A DNA stretch of 44,445 nucleotides, taken from the NCBI GenBank assembly GCA_964532435.1, contig CAZHIE010000003.1, positions 1 to 44,445 on the forward strand. The letters are read 5' to 3'. Each line of letters begins with the position of its first letter. Position 1 is the first letter of the stretch. Positions 17,402 through 26,421 of the stretch are shown in pieces. Position numbers and translations under genes: made by a program. The notes under the pieces were generated by a model that worked only from the letters and a program-made list of their open reading frames with translations, made no database searches and was not told the DNA's origin. The DNA comes from an uncultured Planctomycetales bacterium (GTDB lineage: Bacteria > Planctomycetota > Phycisphaerae > UBA1845 > Fen-1342).

Positions 17402-18781
17402 ATGGTCGCGCTGCCGCAGGTGCAGGAAAAGACGTTGGGCGAATCGCACGGCTGCGGTTCGAACTGCGGCTCGGGGCTGGAGAAGATCTATCCGACAACG
17501 GCGGTCCGCTTCGGCGCGATGAGCTGGATCGGGGAATTCTCGTACAAGAGCGGCACGACCTTCCGCTGCGGCGCAAAGGTCGTCATCGCGACCGACCGCG
17601 GCGTCGAGATCGGCCAGCAGGTCAGCCTGTCCTGCAATGGATGCAGCAAACAGGTGACCCGCGAGCAGATCCTCTCGTACGTCAAGCACAGCGGCCCGGA
17701 GTTCTACAAGCTCAGCGCGGGGCGCATTCTCCGCGAGGCCACGCCCGCCGACGTCAACGAGCACGACCATCTCAACGGCCACGTCGGAGACGACATCGAC
17801 CTGTGCGCGCTGCTCTCGGCGCAGCTTCAGTTGCCGCTCAAGATCGTCACGTGCGAACACCTGCTGGGCGGCGAGCGCATTGTCTTTTATTTCCGTTCCG
17901 ACGAGCGCGTCGATTTCCGCGACCTCGTCCGCGAGCTGGCCCACCACTACCACACGCGCATCGAGATGCGCCAGGTCGGAGCGCGCGACGAGGCCCGCCT
18001 GGTCGCCGATTACGAAGTGTGCGGCCGGGAATGCTGCTGCAAGAACTTCCTCAAGAAGCTGCGCCCGGTAAACATGAAAATGGCCAAGGTCCAGAAGTCC
18101 ACGCTGGATCCGAGCAAGGTTTCCGGCCGCTGCGGCCGCTTGCGCTGCTGCCTGCGTTACGAGCACGAGGGCTACGAGGCGCTGCTGGCCAAGCTGCCGC
18201 GCGTTAACACGCGCGTCGCCACCGAATTCGGCCATGCAACCGTCATCGACCGTCAGATTCTGACGCAACTGGTGCTCGTCCGGCTGGACGACGAGCGCGA
18301 GGTCACCGTTCCGCTCGAAGAAATCACCGAATTCAACCTGCCGCCCGCGCCGCCGCGCCCGCCGGCGCCCGCCGGGCGAGAGGGCCCGCCGCCGCGCGGC
18401 GAGATGCGCCGCCCGGGAGCGCGCGGCCCAATGCCGCGCAGCGACGCACCGCGCGACCGAGGCGGCGCCGAGGGCGGCCCGCCGCCGCGGCCGGCCGAAG
18501 GCGAGCGCGGCCCGCGCCCGCGCGGCCCCGTTTCCCGCGGCCCGCAGCAGCCCGGCGACGTACAATCGGAGATGGCCGCCCCGCCGCCGGCCGATCGACC
18601 CGCCAGCCCGGCAGACGCGCCGCCGGGAGAAGGCGCGGAGCAGCAGGCCGCCGGCCGGCGGCGCCGACGACGACGACGGCGCGGCGGCCCGCGCCCGGAA
18701 GACGGCGGCGCCCGGCCGCCGGAGCTTCCGCGCGACGAATCGAATGGCCCGAGCGGAGCGCCCTCGGAAGGAAACGAGTGA
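17402..18781 (+). CDS. PSP1 C-terminal domain protein (RicT/YaaT-like) with a long Pro/Arg/Gly-rich tail
   Basis: YEVCGRECCCKNFLKKLRPVNMKMAKVQKSTLDPSKVSGRCGRLRCCLRYEHEGY is the PSP1 Cys-rich signature. The last ~145 aa are low complexity and include a run of nine Arg. Confidence 0.85.
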   Translation: MVALPQVQEKTLGESHGCGSNCGSGLEKIYPTTAVRFGAMSWIGEFSYKSGTTFRCGAKVVIATDRGVEIGQQVSLSCNGCSKQVTREQILSYVKHSGPEFYKLSAGRILREATPADVNEHDHLNGHVGDDIDLCALLSAQLQLPLKIVTCEHLLGGERIVFYFRSDERVDFRDLVRELAHHYHTRIEMRQVGARDEARLVADYEVCGRECCCKNFLKKLRPVNMKMAKVQKSTLDPSKVSGRCGRLRCCLRYEHEGYEALLAKLPRVNTRVATEFGHATVIDRQILTQLVLVRLDDEREVTVPLEEITEFNLPPAPPRPPAPAGREGPPPRGEMRRPGARGPMPRSDAPRDRGGAEGGPPPRPAEGERGPRPRGPVSRGPQQPGDVQSEMAAPPPADRPASPADAPPGEGAEQQAAGRRRRRRRRRGGPRPEDGGARPPELPRDESNGPSGAPSEGNE

Positions 18782-19218
18782 TGCGTTCCGATTTGACGAA
18801 AGGCGCCGGGAAGCTTCGAGCCGTTATGGAAGCCGCGCATCAAATTGAGCAGGCCATTCGCGAGGACGGCCGCTACCAGCCCGAAGCGTTCGAGTTTCTG
18901 CACCGCGGCCTGGCGCTGGCCGCTAACCAGGTGCATGGCGATCGCAGCGGCTCGGAGGCTCAGCACGTCAGCGGGCAGCAGCTTTGCGAGGCGCTGCGCG
19001 AGTTGGCGATCGGCGAATTCGGACCGCTGGCGCGGCTGGTGCTTTCGCAGTGGGGAATCCACGCCACGCGCGATTTCGGCGAGATGGTGTTCCTGATGAT
19101 CCGGCTGGGGCTCATGGGGCAGCAGGAGTCTGACCGGGTCGAGGATTTTGACGACGTATATGAGTTTCGCGAGGCGTTCGACCGGTATCAGATCGATCTC
19201 TCGCACCTCGGCGGCTGA
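18781..19218 (+). CDS. Conserved hypothetical protein (Minf_1886-like, PVC-restricted family as I recall it)
   Basis: GTGATG junction with the PSP1 stop. EDGRYQPEAFEFLHRGLALA...HVSGQQLCEALRELAIGEFGPLARLVLSQWGI..TRDFGEMVF resembles that family. Assignment is from memory only. Confidence 0.6.
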   Translation: MRSDLTKGAGKLRAVMEAAHQIEQAIREDGRYQPEAFEFLHRGLALAANQVHGDRSGSEAQHVSGQQLCEALRELAIGEFGPLARLVLSQWGIHATRDFGEMVFLMIRLGLMGQQESDRVEDFDDVYEFREAFDRYQIDLSHLGG

Positions 19219-19266
19219 AGCCCCGCAGCCCGCGCGAAACCGACCAATCCCGGAGGGTCGCCACGG

Positions 19267-21234
19267 ATGGCCGCCAAGCTCAAGTCCCCCCCAACCAAAC
19301 GCCCGGCGCCATCGCTCTTTGACAGCGCTCCGGCGCCGCGCTCTTCGCGCGCCGCCGAGACGATCGAGCCGGCGCCGCAGGTCGGCGAGCCAACCCGCGA
19401 TCCGCCCGCCGCCGAGCCGGAAGCGGCCGCGGAAAAGCACAACGGCCAGCCCGCCGCCGCGCGCGGCCGGCGCGCGGAAACCGCCGAGACGATGGGCGCC
19501 CGGCAGCGCGAAATCTCCGTCTCCGAGTTTTTCGCCAAGAACCGGCACCTGCTCGGCTTCGACAACAAGCGCAAGGCGCTTCTGACCACCGTCAAGGAAG
19601 CGGTCGACAACGCCCTCGACGCCTGCGAAGAAGCCGGCATCCTGCCCGACGTGTGGGTGACGATCGAGCAGCTCGCCGACGAGCGCTTTCGCGTCACCGT
19701 CCGCGACAACGGCCCCGGAATCCTCAAGACCCAGGTGCCCAACGTCTTCGGCAAACTGCTCTACGGCTCGAAATTCCACCGCCTCAAGATGAGCCGCGGC
19801 CAGCAGGGCATCGGAATTTCCGCCGCGGGCATGTACGGCCTGCTTACCACCGGCAAGCCGATCCTCGTCACGTCGCGCACCGCCCCCAGAAAGCCGGCCC
19901 ACCACTTTCAGATTGCGATCGACACGGCCAAGAATCGCCCGGACGTGATTCGCGACGAAGAGAGCGACGTCGCCTGGGACCGCGGCACCGAAGTGGCGAT
20001 CGAGCTGGCGGCGACGTACATGAAGGGCCGCCAGTCGGTCGACGAGTATCTGGAGCAGACTGCGATCGCCAATCCGCACGCGCAGATCGAATACAAGCTC
20101 GTGCTCGCCGGCGAGAGTTCGCCCACGCTGCGCGTCTTTCCCCGCGCCAGCCAGGAGCTGCCGGCCGAAACACGCGAGATTCAGCCGCACCCGCACGGAA
20201 TCGAGCTCGGCGTGCTGATGAAGATGCTCAAGGACGCCGGCGCGCCGCGCCCGCGCGGCGGCGACGGCGGGGCGCGCTCGTTGGCCGGCTTTCTGCAGCA
20301 GGAATTCTGTCGCGTCACGCCGCGCTCGGCCGGGGCGATCTGCGAGGCTGCGAAGCTCTCGCCCAAGGCGCGCCCCGCGCATCTGACCGGTCCGCAGGCC
20401 GAAGCGCTGTACCAGGCCATGCAGAGCGCCAAATTGATGGCGCCGCCGACCGATTGCCTGGCGCCCATCGGCGTGCGCGCGATTCTGGCCGGATTGCTCA
20501 AAGAGGTGAAGGCGGAATTCTATTCGGCCACGACGCGCGAGCCGGCCGTCTATCGCGGCAATCCGTTTCTGATCGAGTGCGGCGTCGCCTATGGCGGCGC
20601 GCTGCCCGGCGACGAGTCGGCCCGCGTGATCCGCTTCGCCAATCGCGTGCCGCTGCTCTACCAGCAATCGGCCTGCGCCTCGTTCAAGAGCGTGCTCGAC
20701 GTCGACTGGCGCAATTATGGCCTGTCGCAGCCGGGCAGCGCCGCGCCGGTCGGCCCGCTCGTCGTGATGATCCACGTCGCGAGCGTGTGGGTTCCGTTTA
20801 CCAGCGAGAGCAAGGAAGCGATCGCCGACTACGACGAAATCCGCAAGGAGATGAAGCTCGCACTTCAGGAATGCGGCCGCAAGCTCGCCGCATACGTTCG
20901 CCGCCGGCGGCGTCAGAAGCTGGAGGGCGAGCGGCGCAGCATCTTCGAGCGCTACATCGCCGACGTGGCCGAAGCGCTCGCCAGCCTGACGGGCGCCGCC
21001 GAAGGCCGCATCCGCGAGCAGCTTCAGGCGATCGCGCGCCGACGGACGGCCGAGGCCGACGTCGAACTTGACGAGGACGGCAAGCCGATCACCAAGCCAG
21101 CCGAAGCCGCCGAGGAGCTGTCGAGCGACGAGAGCATCGTGATCGTTCCGGAGAACGAGGCCGCCAGCGCGTCCACCGAGCTGTTCGACGCGCCGGCGGC
21201 GGACGAATCACCGCGCCGCCGGCGGCGCAAATAG
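19267..21234 (+). CDS. top6B: DNA topoisomerase VI subunit B (GHKL/Bergerat ATPase)
   Basis: ISVSEFFAKNRHLLGFDNKRKALLTTVKEAVDNALDACEEAGILPD (N box), VRDNGPGI (G1), SRGQQGIGIS (G2), and a transducer-domain tail ...WVPFTSESKEAI.... GGAGGG RBS 10 nt upstream. About 75 aa of low-complexity N-terminal extension. Confidence 0.9.
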   Translation: MAAKLKSPPTKRPAPSLFDSAPAPRSSRAAETIEPAPQVGEPTRDPPAAEPEAAAEKHNGQPAAARGRRAETAETMGARQREISVSEFFAKNRHLLGFDNKRKALLTTVKEAVDNALDACEEAGILPDVWVTIEQLADERFRVTVRDNGPGILKTQVPNVFGKLLYGSKFHRLKMSRGQQGIGISAAGMYGLLTTGKPILVTSRTAPRKPAHHFQIAIDTAKNRPDVIRDEESDVAWDRGTEVAIELAATYMKGRQSVDEYLEQTAIANPHAQIEYKLVLAGESSPTLRVFPRASQELPAETREIQPHPHGIELGVLMKMLKDAGAPRPRGGDGGARSLAGFLQQEFCRVTPRSAGAICEAAKLSPKARPAHLTGPQAEALYQAMQSAKLMAPPTDCLAPIGVRAILAGLLKEVKAEFYSATTREPAVYRGNPFLIECGVAYGGALPGDESARVIRFANRVPLLYQQSACASFKSVLDVDWRNYGLSQPGSAAPVGPLVVMIHVASVWVPFTSESKEAIADYDEIRKEMKLALQECGRKLAAYVRRRRRQKLEGERRSIFERYIADVAEALASLTGAAEGRIREQLQAIARRRTAEADVELDEDGKPITKPAEAAEELSSDESIVIVPENEAASASTELFDAPAADESPRRRRRK

Positions 21235-21248
21235 ACCGCGCGGGGTGG

Positions 21249-21267
21249 CCCGGGCATCCTGCCCGGG
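21249..21267. terminator. Possible bidirectional stem-loop between convergent top6B and the metalloprotease gene
   Basis: CCCGGGCA (21249-21256), loop TCC, TGCCCGGG (21260-21267). A second small stem GGGCT/AGCCC follows at 21271-21285. No U-run. Confidence 0.3.
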
Positions 21268-21305
21268 TACGGGCTCTGGAAGCCCGCACCACATTCGCCC
21301 TGCGG

Positions 21306-23717
21306 CTACAGCAGCAATCCGACGAAGGCGTCGATGTCCGCGTTGTCGTACTGCCCGTCGCCGTTGCAGTCGCCGCGCTTCACGCGATCGAGACCGGGGA
21401 ACGCCGTCTCGTAGCCGGCCGGGTCCGTCAGTCCCAGCACGAAGCCGTCGATGTCCGCGTTGTTCACGGCGTCGTCGCCGTTCATGTCGCCGCGCAGCGC
21501 GTACGTCGCCGTCACCGTGTCGTTTCCGTTGGCGACCCAGTCGAGCGAGTTGTCGCCGGCGGTCTGCGGCACGCCGTTGACCTGCCAGTAGCAGAAGGCG
21601 TACGTGAACGAACCGACCGCGCGCGTCAGCGGCGCGGTGAAGACGACCGGAATTCCGCCAACGTACACGCGCGTAAAGTTGGTCGTGCCGTCGCCGGCGA
21701 GGTTCATGTCCGGCGGGACGACGCCGATCAGATAGCCCGCGTTCGGCGCGGATTCCACGTTGACCGCGTAGGTCGTCTGCGGGAAGTAGTTCGCGACGGC
21801 GCTGGTCGTGTCGTTCACGGCGAACGTGATGATGCGCTGACCCAGCGGATAGTTGGTCGCGTTCACCGTCCAGCGCTCGAAATCGGCGCCCGGCACGGTC
21901 TCCGGCGCGTCGAGCGTGACCGACGTGCCGGGGTTGTACGAGCGGACGAACGGCGTCGTGCCGTTTCCGTTGCCGTTGTTGTCGTTGGGAGACACGAGAA
22001 TCAGCACGTTGCTCGCGCCGACCGAGCTGACCGTCAGCGCCTCGGCCGTCGTCCCGACGAACACGTCGTCGATGTACCACGCGTCGGTCGCGTCGCTCAC
22101 TTCCGGGCGGAAGCGCAGGCGGAACTCGTTGTGCCGCCCGTTCGACGGAACGGCGTGCGTGAATTGCGTGTAGACCGACTGATCGACGCCGTCGGACGTG
22201 ATGCGGTTGAGCTCGTTCCAGCGCAGGTTCGTGCCCCAGTATTCGACGACGAGCTGCTCGCCGTTCTCGACGCTGCGATGCTCGACCCAGTACGACACGT
22301 TCGCGCCGGTCACGCCCTGCAGCAGCATGAAGTTGGTGCGCAGGTCGTCGTCGGAATACGTCCCGCTGTTCACCGCGTTGAGCAGCGCCGAGAGCGTCCC
22401 GCTGGGCTCGCCCACGCCGGCCGACGAGATGCCCGCGCCGTCGTTGTAGATCCACTTGGTCGAGTCGAACGAGAGCGCCGGGAACGAGTCGCTGAACGGC
22501 AGCGTGCTCGCCGCCGGCAGGTTCGACAGGCACGAACGCGAGTTGCGGTGATTGACGATCTCCGCGATCGACTGCGCCGTGAACACCGAGCAGTTGCCGT
22601 TGCAGCCGCCCAGCCCCGAGCACATGATCGAGCAGGGCGGCGAGGCGTCGCAGTGCGACGCGCTCCAGTTGTGCCCGATCTCGTGAGCGCTCAGGCACGC
22701 GCGGATCGTCATGTTCGCCGACGAGCGCGACTGCACCACGCTGTAGCCGTTTCCGTTCGTAATGCTGTCGCAGACCACGGCCTGCCACGCGATGCCCAGC
22801 GTGTTGCCCGACATGTCCTTGCCCGTGAACAGCTCCGCGATGTCGCGGCGGATCGATTGCAGGTTCGTGTTCCACTCCGACTGCATCTCGACCAGCATGT
22901 TGTCGGCCACGAACGACGTGTACGGATCCGGCTCGGCCGTGCGAACGACGATCGTCGTAATCTCGAACGTAATGTCGCAGTCGCGCTCGTAGATCGCCTC
23001 GGTCACGTTCAGCACGCTCTCGATGTCGAACATCGTCGTGACCGGGTTGCTCGCGTTGAGCACGTAAAATTCGCGGTCGGCGTCGCACGCGATGTCGACG
23101 ATGCGGATCGTTCCGCCCGCGATGCCGCCCTCGACCGGAAGCTCGCCCGCGTCCGTGCGCGGCGCGTCGACGACGCCGCACACGCCCGGATTCGTCGGAA
23201 CAAAATCGGCCTGGCGATACGAAATGTGCAGCCCCGCCGGCAGGTTCGGCAGGTACTCCGACGCCGGCTGAACCGCCCACACCGCACCGTCCGGCATGTG
23301 AATCACCACGTCGAGCAGACCGTCGTGCAGCGAGCCGGCCACGCGGCTGCCCTCGACCTCCGCCACGTGCCCGCGGACGGTCGCCGCCGGCGGCGCGTCG
23401 GCCGCGCGGATTTTCCCGTCCTTGTCCTGCACGAGCAGGCGGAATCCGTCGCCGCGCATGCGATAGGGCGCCAGTTCGAGCGTGTAATCCTGTTCGCCGA
23501 GGCGAACGCGAACCGACGCGGCGACGCGTTCGTCCCCCGTGTCGGGGAGTTCAGGCGTGAAGACCTGAAAATCGAGCAGTTCGGGAATGACCAGCCCGTG
23601 CTGGCCGTCCTGCGCGGGCGCCGGGGCGACCGACTGCGGGGTCATGCCGGTCAGGCCGAACCAACCCAGCCCTGCCAATGCGAATGTGCCGACCAATGCG
23701 AGAAACTTGCGCGACAT
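21306..23717 (-). CDS. Secreted reprolysin/M12B-like zinc metalloprotease with jelly-roll and Ig-like domains and a C-terminal dockerin-like module
   Basis: Signal peptide MSRKFLALVGTFALAGLGWFG. Pro-domain, then the zinc site HEIGHNWSASH followed by a Cys-rich stretch. The C-terminus GDMNGDDAVNNADIDGFV...GDCNGDGQYDNADIDAFVGLLL contains two EF-hand-like dockerin repeats. Confidence 0.85.
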   Translation of the reverse strand: MSRKFLALVGTFALAGLGWFGLTGMTPQSVAPAPAQDGQHGLVIPELLDFQVFTPELPDTGDERVAASVRVRLGEQDYTLELAPYRMRGDGFRLLVQDKDGKIRAADAPPAATVRGHVAEVEGSRVAGSLHDGLLDVVIHMPDGAVWAVQPASEYLPNLPAGLHISYRQADFVPTNPGVCGVVDAPRTDAGELPVEGGIAGGTIRIVDIACDADREFYVLNASNPVTTMFDIESVLNVTEAIYERDCDITFEITTIVVRTAEPDPYTSFVADNMLVEMQSEWNTNLQSIRRDIAELFTGKDMSGNTLGIAWQAVVCDSITNGNGYSVVQSRSSANMTIRACLSAHEIGHNWSASHCDASPPCSIMCSGLGGCNGNCSVFTAQSIAEIVNHRNSRSCLSNLPAASTLPFSDSFPALSFDSTKWIYNDGAGISSAGVGEPSGTLSALLNAVNSGTYSDDDLRTNFMLLQGVTGANVSYWVEHRSVENGEQLVVEYWGTNLRWNELNRITSDGVDQSVYTQFTHAVPSNGRHNEFRLRFRPEVSDATDAWYIDDVFVGTTAEALTVSSVGASNVLILVSPNDNNGNGNGTTPFVRSYNPGTSVTLDAPETVPGADFERWTVNATNYPLGQRIITFAVNDTTSAVANYFPQTTYAVNVESAPNAGYLIGVVPPDMNLAGDGTTNFTRVYVGGIPVVFTAPLTRAVGSFTYAFCYWQVNGVPQTAGDNSLDWVANGNDTVTATYALRGDMNGDDAVNNADIDGFVLGLTDPAGYETAFPGLDRVKRGDCNGDGQYDNADIDAFVGLLL

Positions 23718-24001
23718 CGATGAGTCTCCAGGATAGCGGTGCGCGGCGGAGAACGGCCCGCCGCGCGTTAACGCGGTCCAGCGCCCTAAAACTCTCCCCC
23801 AACAGTAATTATGGAATTTCGCTCTGCGGCAGGACCCCGCTCCTATCGCAAGTATTGGTTATATCAGCGTAGAGGGGGCGCGGTCAATGACCCAGCGACG
23901 GCTTCGCGTCACTCCCCGCCCCGCAAAGCATCCCCGAGCCCATTGCAACCAACGCCCCGGGCGTGTCTGATAACTGTTCCCGTGGCGAAGGAGCGCTGCG
24001 A

Positions 24002-24571
24002 ATGCAGTTTCAAAACGCGACCGCACTCGACAGCAGCCGGTTGCTGGAACTCTTCACGCGCCATTCCCGCCCGTTCCGCCACGACCTGCTGAACGTCTAC
24101 GTGCGATACAGCCGCGGGGCCGCGTTTTCGGGCTCGTGCCATTACCGCGGCAGCCGCATCTACATCAACCTCGGCCGCCGCCTGCGCTTCCCGTTCTCGC
24201 TCGCCACGCACGTCGCCAAGGCGCGCTCCGGCCGGACGCATTGGTGGCGCGAGAGTTATGTGCTGACCGTTCGCGATGGGCACGAGCTGGCGCTGTTCAT
24301 CTACCTGCACGAGCTGTTTCACTACCTGGTGAAGGCTGCCGGCCGCTGCACGCGGCGCAAAGAGGCCATGTGCGACCGGTTTGCCACGCGCGTGCTAGTG
24401 GATTCTCACGGCGCCGCGCTGCGAACCGCGCGCGGCGAGCCCGTCGCGCGCGAAGCGTGGGACTTTCAGGATCTCGAAGCGTTCGTCGCCGCCGCCCCGC
24501 GGCAGCCGACGCAGGTCTTGCTGCCCTTCCGCGAGATCCCTGTCCTCATTCACGGCCTCTCCGCGGGATGA
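24002..24571 (+). CDS. HExxH-motif protein (putative zinc metallopeptidase-like), unknown family
   Basis: ATG at 24002 with an AAGGAG RBS (23988-23993). Motif LHELFHYLV followed by CTRRKEAMC. No signal peptide. Confidence 0.55.
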   Translation: MQFQNATALDSSRLLELFTRHSRPFRHDLLNVYVRYSRGAAFSGSCHYRGSRIYINLGRRLRFPFSLATHVAKARSGRTHWWRESYVLTVRDGHELALFIYLHELFHYLVKAAGRCTRRKEAMCDRFATRVLVDSHGAALRTARGEPVAREAWDFQDLEAFVAAAPRQPTQVLLPFREIPVLIHGLSAG

Positions 24572-24603
24572 ACGGCCATTGCGGGGCGCGCCGAGCAGCG
24601 CGC

Positions 24604-25992
24604 TCAGGCGCCGACGCGGCCGTCTTCGTGAAATTCGGAGAGCGTCAGCGCGGGGCCGGGCGCGTTGCGGCCGGGGCGGCGGATGCCGGCGCGATGCAGC
24701 TCTTCGAAGAATCGCTCGCGGCGCGACTGCACAAACGCGGGGTCGTAGACGCGGCGCACGAGATCGAACAAACCCGCCCGCAGGCGTTGCGGCGTCATGT
24801 TTCGCGGAATGAAATTGACGTCGAACAGCGTACATTTGTTCCACGCGCGCGGCTCGATCAGCCGCCCCTCGCGCTCCAGCCGGTCATACAGCGGCGTGCC
24901 GGGGAATGGCGTGAGCACGGTGAGCTGCACGTCGTACAGATTCGTGCGGTCGGCGAAATCGTAGATCGCGTCGAACGTCTCTTCGGTGTCGCCGTCGAGG
25001 CCGAGGATGAAACAGCCGTTCACCGTGATGCCGCGCATCTGGATGCGGTGGACGGCCGTTTCGTACGAGGGAAGCTGGCGCAGTTTCCAGTCGCGCTTGA
25101 GCTCGACGCCGCGCAGGCCCGTGGTGCGTGGGCTTTCGAGCCCGATCAGCACTTGCCGGCAGCCGCTCTCGCGCATCAGGTCGAGCAACTCCGGATCGTC
25201 GGCGATCGAGACGTCGGCCTCCGTGAACCACGGCACGCGCTCGTCGCGCACCGCCGCGAGCAGGCGCTTGTAATGCGCCCGCGCGGCGAAGCTGTTGTCG
25301 TCGGCGAACTCGATGAACGGGTGCGACCAGACCTGCTTGATCGCGCGAATCTCGGCGATCACCTTCTCGACGGGCTTCACCGTGTACTTCGGCGTCAACA
25401 ACACCGAGCTGGCGCAGAATTCGCAGAGGTGTGGGCAGCCGCGGCTGGTCTGAACCGTCAAGCGGTTGTATCGATCGATGTCGAGCAGGTCGAAGCGCGG
25501 CAGCGGCGCGGCCGCCAGGTCGAACCACACGCCCGGCGGCGGCGCATAACGCGGACGCAGGCGACCGTGGCGAAAGTCATCGACGATTTGCGGCCACGTG
25601 AGTTCGCCCTCGCCGACGACAACCGCGTCGGCGTGCGCGGCGGCTTCGTCGGGCAGGCGCGAGACGTGCAGCCCGCCCAGGATGACGGGCACGCCGCGTT
25701 TGCGGAACTCGTCGGCCACGGCGTAAGCGTCGAAGATCTGGGCGGAGAGCGAGGTGATCGCAACGGCGTCGAAGTCATTGGGCAGGTCGCCGGCCGCGCG
25801 CAGATCGGCCACTTCGTGGTACGCGACTTCGACGTCGGGCGGCGTCAGCGCCGCGAGCGTGAGGAGCGAAAGGCTGGGCAGCGACGCGACGACGCGGCCA
25901 CGCTCGACCACGCCGGGCAGCGAGAGCCCGAGCGCGAGAAGCTCCGGATCGACGACGCGGATGCCGCTGAACGCGATCAGCCCGATTTTCAC
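24604..25992 (-). CDS. B12-binding-domain (class B) radical SAM enzyme
   Basis: GTG start. N-terminal Rossmann-like B12-binding-type domain (FDAVAITSLSAQIFDAYAVADEFRKRGVPVILGGLH). Radical SAM cluster motif RGCPHLCEFC (CxxxCxxC). Confidence 0.9.
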   Translation of the reverse strand: MKIGLIAFSGIRVVDPELLALGLSLPGVVERGRVVASLPSLSLLTLAALTPPDVEVAYHEVADLRAAGDLPNDFDAVAITSLSAQIFDAYAVADEFRKRGVPVILGGLHVSRLPDEAAAHADAVVVGEGELTWPQIVDDFRHGRLRPRYAPPPGVWFDLAAAPLPRFDLLDIDRYNRLTVQTSRGCPHLCEFCASSVLLTPKYTVKPVEKVIAEIRAIKQVWSHPFIEFADDNSFAARAHYKRLLAAVRDERVPWFTEADVSIADDPELLDLMRESGCRQVLIGLESPRTTGLRGVELKRDWKLRQLPSYETAVHRIQMRGITVNGCFILGLDGDTEETFDAIYDFADRTNLYDVQLTVLTPFPGTPLYDRLEREGRLIEPRAWNKCTLFDVNFIPRNMTPQRLRAGLFDLVRRVYDPAFVQSRRERFFEELHRAGIRRPGRNAPGPALTLSEFHEDGRVGA

Positions 25993-26043
25993 CTGGAGCC
26001 CTCACACCGTTTCTGCGGAATGCGGCCGGCGCGGGTCGGCGCC

Positions 26044-26421
26044 TCACAACCCGAGCAGCGCCAGCGTCAGGCCCACGGCGCCGATGAGCAGGCTCGCGAC
26101 CGGCACGATGAAGATCGGCTTCAGCGCCGCTCGCCAGGCCGTCAATCCGCAGCACAACGGCATCGCAATTCCGCCGACGATCATAGACCACGAGGTGAGT
26201 CGCAAGTCCAAGCCTTTGTCGGAAAGTCTGTAGGCAGTGAGTGAATAAAGTACATTCAGAATGCCCAGGCCGAAGAACGAGATGTGCCCCAGCCGCACCA
26301 GCCGACGGCGATACGAGTCATATCCGCCGAGCCAGTCCGCCCGGTGAAAGAACAACCCCAGCACCGCGCCGCTCGCCAGCCCCAGGCTGATCCACAGCCA
26401 TCCAAAGATCTCATTGTTCAT
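26044..26421 (-). CDS. Small 4-TM membrane protein, first gene of the radical SAM operon
   Basis: MNNEIFGWLWISLGLASGAVLGLFF..., four hydrophobic segments, 51 nt upstream of the radical SAM gene on the same strand. Confidence 0.7.
   Translation of the reverse strand: MNNEIFGWLWISLGLASGAVLGLFFHRADWLGGYDSYRRRLVRLGHISFFGLGILNVLYSLTAYRLSDKGLDLRLTSWSMIVGGIAMPLCCGLTAWRAALKPIFIVPVASLLIGAVGLTLALLGL

Noticed and set aside
23718-24001. Locally A/T-richer 284-bp divergent spacer (for example TAATTATGGAATTT and GTATTGGTTATATCAG) as a possible ncRNA or small gene, including ORF 23811-24092.
   Set aside because: There is no conserved RNA motif or stable structure that I can fold, and the ORF translation is low complexity and overlaps the better-supported 24002 start. 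Most simply it is a shared promoter region.
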